Part shown: positions 9,017-16,825 of the stretch, in pieces
How the letters are laid out: every line of letters starts with the position of its first letter
How positions within the stretch are numbered: the stretch's first letter is position 1
Source: Clostridiales bacterium
GTDB lineage: Bacteria; Bacillota; Clostridia; Christensenellales; Aristaeellaceae
Reading direction: 5' to 3'
Length of the DNA: 59,106 bases
NCBI GenBank assembly: GCA_004556985.1
Contig: SFFC01000003.1
Coordinates: forward strand, 1 to 59,106
Notes under the pieces: model-generated
What the model was told of the DNA's origin: nothing
The model's database searches: none
Seen by the model: only the letters and a program-made list of their open reading frames with translations
Translations under genes and position numbers: made by a program

Positions 9017-9147
9017 CCTGGACATGGAAATGCCGGAGAAAAATGGAAAAAGCTGCAACTTTCGTGCGCCTCGTGCCGTCTACATAGCAAAGGCCCCGAG
9101 CCACAGTGCTCCGTGGAGGGCAGCAGGGGCAAAAAGGAGGCAAAACG

Positions 9148-10005
9148 ATGAAAAGACTGGTGATGGTGCTGGCGGCGCTGCTGCTGCTGACCGCGGCGGC
9201 GCTGGCGCAGGAGATCCCCGAGAGCGACATTTCGACCCCGCGCGAGGGGGTTGCCGTTGTCGGGCCGCAGGAGGGGGGCGGCCTGGCGCCCCTCTGCGCG
9301 GATCCGGCGGGGACGGATGTGCTGATGAACTACCTCGCCGGGACGCCCGTGACGGTGATGGACGTCGGCGAAAATGGCATGGCGCATGTGAAGATCGGCG
9401 AGGATGTCGGTGAGCAGAGCGTCTGGCTGGAAGGCTACATGCGCTCGGAGCTGCTGCGCTACGGCGTGCGCGCGGCGAGAACCGTGCCGCGCAGCACGTT
9501 CTCCTTCAGCACGCCCTGGGAGATCGACCTGCTGAAGGCGCCGCAGGAGGGCGCGCAGGCCGTGTGGCGCCTGAATTGGGAGGAATCGGTGTTCGCCGCA
9601 GGCATCAGCCCGGAGGGATGGCTGCACGTCCTCTGGCCGCTGGGCGGGCGACACGATATCGGCGGCTTCATGTGCAGCGAGGGAATCGACCTGGGCGAGG
9701 CGCAGACGTGGAGCGCATGGGCTGTGCCGCCGATCGCCGGCGAAAGGACGGAGGCGGAGATCCGCGAGCGCGCCATTCAGGAGACGATCATCCATGCGCA
9801 GGAGCTGGGCCTTGACGCGCAGGAGGCTGATTACGGCGCGCTCGACGCGATGGTCTTCGACATCCGCCTGACCTACGACAGCGAGACGGACGAGGCGACC
9901 TGGATGGTCTGGATCGACCGGGAGCCAAAGGCGGACACCAACGTCAGCACGAGCGTGTTTGATGCGCAGGGCAACCTGCTGCGCATCGAGCACTCCAACG
10001 GATGA
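9148..10005 (+). CDS. Secreted protein with SH3-like repeats and a PepSY-like C-terminus (paralog 1)
   Basis: ORF 9106..10005 trimmed to ATG 9148 (AAAGGAGG RBS). Signal peptide MKRLVMVLAALLLLTAAALAQ. Same layout as the next gene, including a C-terminal ..G.L..IEHSNG. Confidence 0.75.
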   Translation: MKRLVMVLAALLLLTAAALAQEIPESDISTPREGVAVVGPQEGGGLAPLCADPAGTDVLMNYLAGTPVTVMDVGENGMAHVKIGEDVGEQSVWLEGYMRSELLRYGVRAARTVPRSTFSFSTPWEIDLLKAPQEGAQAVWRLNWEESVFAAGISPEGWLHVLWPLGGRHDIGGFMCSEGIDLGEAQTWSAWAVPPIAGERTEAEIRERAIQETIIHAQELGLDAQEADYGALDAMVFDIRLTYDSETDEATWMVWIDREPKADTNVSTSVFDAQGNLLRIEHSNG

Positions 10006-10018
10006 GGAGGGAAGGAAC

Positions 10019-10888
10019 ATGGGGAAGAGAATCGCGCTGCTGCTCATGCTGCTGCTGGCGCTCGCGCCGTGCGTCCGCGCCGCGCAGAGCGACCTGACGA
10101 CGCCGCGCACGGGCTTCGCCGTCGCCGCGCCGGAAGAGGAGGATGGGCGGGTCGCGCTGTATGACCGGCCCGACCCGGCGTCGGAGGTGCTGATGGAGTA
10201 TTACAGCGGCGCGCCGCTGACCGTGCTCAGCCTTGAAAAGGCCGGCATGGTGAAGGTGCAAAGCGGCGTGCAGGGCGCGTCCGTCATGGGCTACATGCGC
10301 GAGGGCGACCTGCGCTACGGCCTCGCGGCGATGCGGGTGGTGCCGCAGGCCTATATGTCCATCGAGCTGGTTCGGGATGTGGATCTCTACGCCTATCCGG
10401 ACGGAATGGCGGAGAAAATCGGGCGCCTTGCCGCGGGCGAGACGGTGCTGACCTGCGGGCAGAATGATGGAAAGTGGGTGCAGCTCTTCGGTCTGCCGCG
10501 GATGCTGCGCGGGGAATGGGATGGCGTCTCGCCCGAAAGCGGCTTTGTCGAGATGGCGACCGGGCGCGGCAAGGGCGCCTGGCAGGCCCCCGCCACGAAG
10601 CAATGGGTGCTGCCGCTCGAGAGCGAGCTGAGCTATGAGCAGGCGATCGACTGCGCCATCGATCTGATACTCGCGGATAACGGCGCGCTGCCGAAGATCC
10701 CGCAGGAGGAGCGGAGCCGCGAGGCGCTGCTTTCCTACATGTGGGACGTGCGCCTGGAGTACTACCGCAGCACCGGCCAGGCGTTTTACTCGATCTACCT
10801 GCAATCGGCAGACGACTACGAGCATTCCGCGAACATTCGGATGGAGCCGGACGGCACGCTGATCGACATGGAAACCGGCAACGGCTGA
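10019..10888 (+). CDS. Secreted protein with SH3-like repeats and a PepSY-like C-terminus (paralog 2)
   Basis: ORF 9959..10888 trimmed to ATG 10019. Signal peptide MGKRIALLLMLLLALAPCVRA. Motifs shared with the previous gene: TPRxGxAV, VLMxYxxGxPxTV, GYMRxxxLRYG, C-terminal ..DGTLIDMETGNG. Confidence 0.75.
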   Translation: MGKRIALLLMLLLALAPCVRAAQSDLTTPRTGFAVAAPEEEDGRVALYDRPDPASEVLMEYYSGAPLTVLSLEKAGMVKVQSGVQGASVMGYMREGDLRYGLAAMRVVPQAYMSIELVRDVDLYAYPDGMAEKIGRLAAGETVLTCGQNDGKWVQLFGLPRMLRGEWDGVSPESGFVEMATGRGKGAWQAPATKQWVLPLESELSYEQAIDCAIDLILADNGALPKIPQEERSREALLSYMWDVRLEYYRSTGQAFYSIYLQSADDYEHSANIRMEPDGTLIDMETGNG

Positions 10889-10986
10889 TCCGCAGGCGGG
10901 ACGCTGTCCCCGCGCGCGAAGGGGCTTTACAGCGCGGCGGGAGTTGTGCTATCCTTAACGAAAACGACGCGAAGGAAGGCACGGAT

Positions 10987-11571
10987 ATGGAGGCACTCTT
11001 TGGCAAAAAGAAGCGCAGACCCGGCGGGACGCTGGTGCTCTATACGACGCGGCACGGCGCGACGCAGCGCTATGCGGAGCGGATCGCGGAGCCGCTCGAC
11101 GCGCTGATCAAGGACGCGGCGTACATGAGCGGGGAAAAGGCGAAGAGCTATGACGCGATCGTCGTCGGCTGCTGCGTCTACGAGGGCCGGATTCAGGGCC
11201 TCGATTTCCTCAAGCGAAACGCAGAGGCGCTCTCGGGCAAGCGGCTCGTGCTCTATGTCGTCGGGATCGAGGATCCGGCGCTGGAGAACGTCCGCAGCGG
11301 CCTTGAGGCGCAGCTGCGCGAGGCGCTGGGCGCTGCGGCGGAGACGATTCCGACGTTTTTCCTGCGCGGGGCCATCCGCTGGCGCAGCCTCGGGGTGCTC
11401 GAGCAGGTGAAGATGCGCGGCTGGATGAAGGCCATTCGCGCGAAGGAACGCCGCACGCAGACCGAGGAGATGCTGCTGGAGGCGGAGGGCGGCGCGATCG
11501 ATTTTTCGGACGAAGTCGACCTTGCGCCCATCGTCCACGCGGCGCGTTTCGGCGCGGAGGGGGAAGCATGA
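10987..11571 (+). CDS. Flavodoxin-domain protein (HemG/flavodoxin_5-like)
   Basis: ORF 10741..11571 trimmed to ATG 10987. TLVLYTTRHGATQRYAERIAEPL is a flavodoxin-type phosphate-binding start, followed by YDAIVVGCCVYEGRI. The stop overlaps the next start (ATGA). Confidence 0.75.
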   Translation: MEALFGKKKRRPGGTLVLYTTRHGATQRYAERIAEPLDALIKDAAYMSGEKAKSYDAIVVGCCVYEGRIQGLDFLKRNAEALSGKRLVLYVVGIEDPALENVRSGLEAQLREALGAAAETIPTFFLRGAIRWRSLGVLEQVKMRGWMKAIRAKERRTQTEEMLLEAEGGAIDFSDEVDLAPIVHAARFGAEGEA

Positions 11572-12155
11572 AAAAACCGAACATTCCGCCGCTGCCGCGC
11601 TGGGCGGAGCCGCTTGCGGCGTTTGTGCCCGGCGACGCGCGGGAGGCGGAGGAGCAGCGCATGATGCTGGAGACGATCGCGCGGCTGGGCGACGCCGTGC
11701 TGACGCGGGAATGCGCGCTCGCGCACATGACGGCTTCCTCGATCATCGTCAGCCCGGACAGGCGGCGCACGCTCATGGCCTTCCACAGGATCTACCAGAG
11801 CTGGGCCTGGACGGGCGGTCACGCCGACGGCGAGACGGACTTCGAGCAGACGGCCCGGCGCGAGGCGGGCGAGGAGACGGGCATCCGCGCGCTCAGGCGG
11901 CTCGGGGAGGGCATCGCCTCGATCGAAATTCTGCCCGTCTGGGCGCACGTCCGGCGCGGGCAGGAGGTGGGCAGCCATCTGCACCTGAACGTCTCCTATC
12001 TCTTTGAGGCGGACGACACGCTGCCGCTGCGCATGGCGCCGGACGAAAACAGCGCTGTGGGCTGGATCGAGGTCGCGCGGCTTTGCGAATTCGTCAGCGA
12101 GCCGCCGATGCTGCCCGTCTACCGAAGATTGCTAGAGAGGGCGAACAATTGTTAA
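11568..12155 (+). CDS. NUDIX hydrolase
   Basis: Nudix box GGHADGETDFEQTARREAGEETGI (GX5EX7REXXEEXG). Confidence 0.85.
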   Translation: MKKPNIPPLPRWAEPLAAFVPGDAREAEEQRMMLETIARLGDAVLTRECALAHMTASSIIVSPDRRRTLMAFHRIYQSWAWTGGHADGETDFEQTARREAGEETGIRALRRLGEGIASIEILPVWAHVRRGQEVGSHLHLNVSYLFEADDTLPLRMAPDENSAVGWIEVARLCEFVSEPPMLPVYRRLLERANNC

Positions 12156-12182
12156 ATACTTACAAACAATATCCGAATCTCC

Positions 12183-12211
12183 TTGATGGAGTGTCACGAA
12201 TTGTTTATACT
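12183..12211 (+). promoter_or_regulatory. Promoter of hpf
   Basis: TTGATG (12183-12188), 17-nt spacer, TATACT (12206-12211). Confidence 0.5.
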
Positions 12212-12289
12212 ATGGGTACAGAAAGGAGAAAAGCAGAAATCGCCTCAGTGTCTGAGAGGCCATTTTCAAAGGTTTAAGGAGGCTGCATT

Positions 12290-12841
12290 ATGATCATTCG
12301 TTTTGTGATGAAAGATGCGCACGTCCCCGCTGCCGTTCAGGAAACCATGAACAAGCGCGTACATCAGCGCATGGACGCCTACTTCAGGGATGAAGCCGAG
12401 GATGCGACCGTCATCACCGTGCGCATCACCGAGCAGAAGAACACCTATAAGGTCGAAATGACGATGCCCTATCTGGGCCATACGCTGAGGACCGAGAACC
12501 AGGAACGGGAGATTTCGCTGCCCGCGCTGGATAAGGGTATAGATATCCTGGAGCGCCAGATGAAGAAGCTGCGCACGCGGCTGGGGCGCGACCTTCGCAA
12601 GAAGCCCGCTGTCGCCGAGGATGCGGCGGCGCCCGAGATGCCCGAGGAGGAGCCGAGCGAGAAGGTTGTGCGCGTGAAGCGCTACGCCGCCAAGCCGATG
12701 AGCGTCGAGGACGCCATTCTCGAGATGAATCTTCTGGGCCATTCGTTCTACATGTTCAGCAACATCGAAACCGGCATGGCCGCTACGGTGTATCGCCGTA
12801 AGGACGGCGACTGCGGCCTGATCGAGCTGGAAAACCTCTGA
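12290..12841 (+). CDS. hpf: Ribosome hibernation promoting factor, long form
   Basis: AAGGAGG RBS. N-terminal S30AE/RaiA-like domain, charged linker, and the C-terminal dimerisation domain VVRVKRYAAKPMSVEDAILEMNLLGHSFYMFSNIETGMAATVYRRKDGDCGLIE. Confidence 0.9.
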   Translation: MIIRFVMKDAHVPAAVQETMNKRVHQRMDAYFRDEAEDATVITVRITEQKNTYKVEMTMPYLGHTLRTENQEREISLPALDKGIDILERQMKKLRTRLGRDLRKKPAVAEDAAAPEMPEEEPSEKVVRVKRYAAKPMSVEDAILEMNLLGHSFYMFSNIETGMAATVYRRKDGDCGLIELENL

Positions 12842-12934
12842 GCACGAGAGATGCGGTCTTGCCTCCACAGGGATGACAGGAACCGATGACATAGAGCTCC
12901 CGGCCGGGCCGGGAAACAGAAAGGGTGAGCTCCG

Positions 12935-13270
12935 ATGCAGAAGGTGACGAAGATCGCAATCGCCGTCGTAGTGGTTGCGCTGATCGCCGTAATCGGATTG
13001 ATCGTAATCAGCAGCCGCCCCGCCGGGCAGACGCCGGCGGCACAGGCGACAGCGCAGCCGACAGCGCAGCCGACAGAGGACAGCGGGCAGGCGAACGAGG
13101 CCGAGCCGGAAAAGCCGGACCAGGCGGGCGAAGAGGCGCAGGATGAAGCGCAGGGTACGATGTACGAGGGCGCGCTGGCCGGTCTGACCGAGGAGGAAAT
13201 CGCCGCGCTCGCGTTGGCTGAGGAGGAAGCCGACGTCGATGGAATCGGCGGAGAAGACGCCGTGGATTGA
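12935..13270 (+). CDS. Membrane-anchored acidic low-complexity protein
   Basis: AAAGGGTGAG RBS. N-terminal TM segment IAIAVVVVALIAVIGLIVI, then a Pro/Thr/Ala/Gln and Glu/Asp-rich tail. A terminator follows. Confidence 0.55.
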   Translation: MQKVTKIAIAVVVVALIAVIGLIVISSRPAGQTPAAQATAQPTAQPTEDSGQANEAEPEKPDQAGEEAQDEAQGTMYEGALAGLTEEEIAALALAEEEADVDGIGGEDAVD

Positions 13271-13340
13271 CCCGATCCGGCCGCCGGGCCGCGATCTGAC
13301 GCGCGCCGCTGCGCGCGTGGCACAAGAAGAAAATCGATGT

Positions 13341-13377
13341 GGGAGCCGCTTCTTTGGGGCGGCTCTCTCCCTTTTTC
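13341..13377 (+). terminator. Intrinsic terminator
   Basis: Stem GAGCCGC / GCGGCTC followed by TCCCTTTTTCC. Confidence 0.55.
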
Positions 13378-13472
13378 CGCTATCGTTCAGGGAACACGGG
13401 CGGCCCGGAACGGCGCATTTGTGCGGAAGGAGACAGGATCAAACGAAATTTTGCAGAAATTTGAAAAACCCA

Positions 13473-13501
13473 TTGACAAATACGCCGCTTTCGTGTATTA
13501 T
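13473..13501 (+). promoter_or_regulatory. Promoter of the tRNA operon
   Basis: TTGACA (13473-13478), 17-nt spacer, TATTAT (13496-13501), about 50 nt upstream of the first tRNA. Confidence 0.65.
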
Positions 13502-13552
13502 ATATCTCGTCGCCGTGCTCGACACAAAACAGCGATGCGGCGGTGCCAGCCA

Positions 13553-13628
13553 GGGAGCATAGCTCAGCTGGGAGAGCATCTGCCTTACAAGCAGAGGGTC
13601 ACAGGTTCGAGCCCTGTTGTTCCCACCA
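13553..13628 (+). tRNA. tRNA-Val (anticodon TAC)
   Basis: Hand-folded cloverleaf. Acceptor GGGAGCA/TGTTCCC, anticodon loop CTTACAA, T-arm ACAGG-TTCGAGC-CCTGT, encoded CCA. Confidence 0.9.
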
Positions 13629-13637
13629 ATTCAATAT

Positions 13638-13714
13638 GGCGCGGTAGTTCAGTCGGTTAGAATGCCAGCCTGTCACGCTGGAGGTCGAGGGTTCGAGCCC
13701 CTTCCGCGTCGCCA
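13638..13714 (+). tRNA. tRNA-Asp (anticodon GTC)
   Basis: Acceptor GGCGCGG/CCGCGTC, anticodon loop CTGTCAC, T-loop GGTTCGAGCCC, encoded CCA. Confidence 0.9.
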
Positions 13715-13720
13715 TTTTAT

Positions 13721-13796
13721 GCCTTGGTAGCTCAGTCGGTAGAGCAGGAGACTGAAAATCTCCGTGTCGGTGGTTCGATTCCGCCCCAAGGCACCA
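13721..13796 (+). tRNA. tRNA-Phe (anticodon GAA)
   Basis: Acceptor GCCTTGG/CCAAGGC, anticodon stem-loop GGAGA-CTGAAAA-TCTCC, T-loop GGTTCGATTCC, encoded CCA. Confidence 0.9.
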
Positions 13797-13800
13797 TTCT

Positions 13801-13875
13801 GCGGTAGTAGCTCAGTGGTAGAGTGCCACCTTGCCAAGGTGGATGTCGCGAGTCCGAATCTCGTCTACCGCTCCA
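13801..13875 (+). tRNA. tRNA-Gly (anticodon GCC), with unusual T-loop TCCGAAT
   Basis: Acceptor GCGGTAG/CTACCGC, anticodon stem-loop CCACC-TTGCCAA-GGTGG, T-arm GCGAG-TCCGAAT-CTCGT, encoded CCA. Confidence 0.85.
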
Positions 13876-13879
13876 AATC

Positions 13880-13954
13880 GGCGCCATGGCCAAGTGGTAA
13901 GGCAAAGCTCTGCAAAAGCTTCACTCTCCAGTTCGAGTCTGGATGGCGCCTCCA
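13880..13954 (+). tRNA. tRNA-Cys (anticodon GCA)
   Basis: Acceptor GGCGCCA/TGGCGCC, anticodon stem-loop AAGCT-CTGCAAA-AGCTT, T-arm TCCAG-TTCGAGT-CTGGA, encoded CCA. Confidence 0.9.
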
Positions 13955-13960
13955 CCTGGA

Positions 13961-13998
13961 AACTCAGACATTGATACGATGTCTGAGTTTTATTTTTG
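13961..13998 (+). terminator. Intrinsic terminator of the tRNA operon
   Basis: 11-bp stem AACTCAGACAT / ATGTCTGAGTT, 7-nt loop, then TTATTTTTG. Confidence 0.8.
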
Positions 13999-14303
13999 CA
14001 TTTTCGCGAGAAAAAACGCGGGATTTCAGTTCTTTGAATCAAAAGCTCAGTTTTCGTCGGAACGGATAGTGGTCAAGAAAGCCATTAGGCTACTCGAGAC
14101 GGCTGATCCGCCCCGATTTTGCACCCCCTAGGAGTTCTATCTGGAGGATGCCCACAGCGTGATCGCCGACTTCTCCGGCAATCCTCCTTACGCGTTCTGA
14201 TCAGAACCTTTTCAGGCAATCTTCGGGGCAAAGCAGGATTCCTGCCAGCGAAACGGCTGGGAAATCTGCCCGGCCGGAGCCATTGTGAAGCGGGGGTAAA
14301 TCC

Positions 14304-14913
14304 ATGAATCAGGAAGAACGAAGACAATTTTTGATTGAGGAACTGCTGCGGGAGCGGCCTTCCCGCCGCAGACAGGCAATTCCGGCGGATGAGAACCGAC
14401 AGAAGGTTCTGCTGCGCTCCCTGATGAATGTCCGCCAACCGGGGGGCCGTCAGCCGGCGCTTTCTCGAGGTGCAGGACGCTTATCTGCAGGAAGAGTTGG
14501 CGGCAAAGAAGATCACCCACCTGTCCGACCTGCGCCCGGTTCAGGATGGAATGTATCTCTGGCGGGGAGACACCACGACGCTCAAATGCGGAGCCATCGT
14601 CAACGCGGCCAACAGCGGCATGACCGGCTGCTACCAGCCCTGCCACAGCTGCATTGACAACTGCATCCACACCTATGCCGGGGTGCAGCTTCGCCTGAAG
14701 TGCGCCGAAATCATGGAGCGGCAGGGATTTGAAGAACCCACCGGACAGGCCAAAATCACGCCCGCCTACAACCTCCCCTGTGAATATGTGATTCACACGG
14801 TGGGCCCCATCGTGCAGGCATACGCGCCGGGGGGAATTGCAGAGCGTTCCATCTGTTTGGATGCGGACATCGGCGAGGCTTTATCAGAGCTGGCCCCGAA
14901 GACGGTTTCATAA
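14304..14913 (+). pseudogene. Macro-domain protein-ADP-ribose hydrolase, frameshifted and 3'-truncated
   Basis: N-terminus MNQEERRQFLIEELL..LLRSLMNVRQP (ORF 14304) continues in the +1 frame as AVSRRFLEVQDAYLQEE..LWRGDTTTLKCGAIVNAANSGMTGCYQPCHSCIDNCIHTYAGVQLR..YVIHTVGPIV (ORF 14428). The shift falls in a G6 run at 14441-14446. After HTVGPIV the macro-domain sequence is lost. Confidence 0.75.
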
Positions 14914-14961
14914 AACCGGACAGCGCTTTGATCCTGCGGGATGGAGGCGCTGTCCGGTTTT
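14912..14961. terminator. Hairpin terminator (A-tract / T-tract flanked)
   Basis: AAAA-CCGGACAGCGC ..20-nt loop.. GCGCTGTCCGG-TTTTGT, an 11-bp perfect stem. Confidence 0.6.
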
Positions 14962-15161
14962 GTCTTCAAGGCGAGGCATCTCCGTTCAGGCCGTGCCGCG
15001 ATGCCGGAGGCCTCCTTACATGCCCGGGCGGAATGCCGGCTGGATCCCGCCTGCCGGCCCCGACTTGCGCATCTTTTCGTGACGCGGGAGGATTTCTATG
15101 CTATAATGCTAATATACTGCGCGTCCTGCCGCGCCGGCACTCAAGAGGGAGGAGAGGCTCC

Positions 15162-16187
15162 ATGAAAAAACACAGAAGGCGGCTTTCCTCCTTCCGAAGA
15201 CAGCAGACGCTCGGCGAATTCACGCTCAGGCAGCAGCGGTCGTCCCGCCATCGCAGAGCGGAACAAAGAGACCGCCTTCGCGTGCTGGTGCCGCTGCTTG
15301 TCGCCCTGATGCTTTTGAGCCTGGTCATGATTGCCGGCATCCTGCTGCGCAGCGTGCGCACGAGGCGGCTGAACGAGGAGCTCGCCGCGATCCATGCCGG
15401 GCAGACGGAGGCCGGTCTGTCTGCGTCCGCGGCCGAGGAGGCGCTGCCTGCGTCTACGATCAGGCCCACGGCTGAGCCTGAACCCACGGCCGAGCCCGAG
15501 TTCACGGCCGAGCCCTCGCCTGCGCCGCAGGAGGCCACGGCGGCGCGCTTTCATCAGGTCGGCGGAACGCCCCTGGCCCACATGGAGACGCTCTACAACC
15601 AGAATCACGATCTCATCGGCTGGCTGAGCATTTCCGAGGTGATCGATCTGCCCGTCATGTACCGGGACAACAGATACTATCTGACGCACGACTTCAACAA
15701 GAACAAAAACACCGCCGGGACGCTCTTTCTGGATGTGAATCATCGCTTCACAGAGAAGACGCAGAACCTGCTGCTTCACGGCCACAACATGAAGGACGGC
15801 ACCATGTTTGGCCGTCTGGTGCATTACTTCCAGGATATCGACTACTACCGGAGCCACCCCTTTGTGCGCTTTGACACGCTCTGGGAGACGGAGGAATACG
15901 TCATCTTTGCCGTGCTGCGCGTCCCGCTCGACGTGTACGACGAGCGGTTTATCAACTACTACTCCCATCCCACGTTTGCAAGCGACGCCTCGTTTGACGC
16001 GTATGTCCGCCAGCTTCAGCTGAATTCCGCCTACGCGGTGCCCATCGACGTCAAGCCCTCCGATGCGCTGCTCACACTCTCCACCTGCATCGATGAGGAC
16101 AGGCTCGTCATCGTCTGCCGGAGAATCCGGGATGGCGAGACCCGTACCCGGCTGAATGAACTGGTGCGTCTGGCGCAGCGGCAGTGA
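15162..16187 (+). CDS. srtB: Class B sortase
   Basis: ORF 14928..16187 trimmed to ATG 15162 (GAGGGAGGAGAGG RBS). N-terminal TM anchor LVPLLVALMLLSLVMIAGILL, HGHNMKDGTMFG His motif, TLSTC catalytic Cys motif, C-terminal Arg. Confidence 0.85.
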   Translation: MKKHRRRLSSFRRQQTLGEFTLRQQRSSRHRRAEQRDRLRVLVPLLVALMLLSLVMIAGILLRSVRTRRLNEELAAIHAGQTEAGLSASAAEEALPASTIRPTAEPEPTAEPEFTAEPSPAPQEATAARFHQVGGTPLAHMETLYNQNHDLIGWLSISEVIDLPVMYRDNRYYLTHDFNKNKNTAGTLFLDVNHRFTEKTQNLLLHGHNMKDGTMFGRLVHYFQDIDYYRSHPFVRFDTLWETEEYVIFAVLRVPLDVYDERFINYYSHPTFASDASFDAYVRQLQLNSAYAVPIDVKPSDALLTLSTCIDEDRLVIVCRRIRDGETRTRLNELVRLAQRQ

Positions 16188-16249
16188 CAGGGCAAAGGCG
16201 ACGAAGAATGCGGCAGCCCCTTCTCCGTCCATATAAAAGATTGATACAG

Positions 16250-16745
16250 GATTTGCCTTTGGGGCGAAAGGAATCCGGGTTTCTCGTGTACCTGTACGGA
16301 TTTATGCTCCAACGCATGACAAAGGATCTTTATTTTTTTCTGAAGCACGGGTCCCTTCAATGGATTCTTCTTTGAATTCATTGAATGCCCAGAACAGAGC
16401 CGTTAATGCAATATTATCCGTAGGATAGTGTTTACAGTCAAAAACATGATACGCATCAGCCTGACGTTCACTGAGGCCTTAATGGCTTGATACGTATGGC
16501 AATGCAACTCTCGATCATGACCCGGATCGTTGACCATGTCAGCGTAAAAGCCCAATGCTCTCCCATAGTTGGCGGTTGCCATTCCAAAAGAGTCCGTGAT
16601 AGACAATGCTTTGCGATAGATGCGTAAGGCCTCAATTACTCTACCGCAGGAATCAAGGTCATTGGCGTAGTTTCAGTCAGATTGTCAAAATGGCCCCAAT
16701 GCAATACGAAAATTCCGTAAGAGAGAAGTGGAGTTCCTCTTCCAA
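16250..16745 (-). pseudogene. Low-GC fragments of a TPR-like (possibly LA2681/HEPN-family) gene, broken by stops and frameshifts
   Basis: Minus-strand frames read ..NYANDLDSCGRVIEALRIYRKALSITDSFGMATANYGRALGFYADMVNDPGHDRELHCHTYQAIKASV.. (includes track ORF 16403..16606). Related pieces in other frames sit upstream and downstream. The region is visibly lower in GC than its surroundings. The family assignment is from memory only. Confidence 0.35.
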
Positions 16746-16825
16746 GAAGGAAAATGAATCAAATGCGGCGCACCGGGTGTAATCCGGTGCGCCACTTGAC
16801 TTTTCCAACAAATGTACATTTTGAT

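Noticed and set aside
6719-9058. Very long ORFs antisense to, or overlapping, annotated genes. Examples: 6719..9058(-), 20745..22706(-), 25337..27499(-), 32745..34766(-), 36765..38567(-), 47588..49924(-), 50868..53612(+), 54703..56874(+).
   Set aside because: They are Arg/Ala/Gly/Pro/His-rich translations with no RBS and no recognisable motifs. Each lies opposite a gene with clear family signatures. This is the typical stop-codon-poor shadow frame of high-GC DNA.
12156-12289. Possible raiA-motif RNA upstream of hpf.
   Set aside because: The intergenic region is only about 134 nt and is largely taken up by the promoter and RBS. That is too short for the ~200-nt raiA motif, and I see none of its features.
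14132-14200. 22-codon stub EFYLEDAHSVIADFSGNPPYAF with an NPPY motif, possibly a remnant of an N6-adenine DNA methyltransferase.
   Set aside because: It is too short to distinguish from chance. It is mentioned only as context for the decayed islet.
14928-15161. N-terminal extensions of many track ORFs. Examples: 14928 for sortase, 55181 for the lipoprotein, 44812 for LacI, 39395 for GH130_1, 49321 for the permease, 24411 and 25262 in the TRAP operon.
   Set aside because: The extensions overlap upstream genes or promoters, lack an RBS, and precede an internal ATG or GTG that has a GGAGG-type RBS and a natural N-terminus (signal peptide, HTH or Rossmann start).
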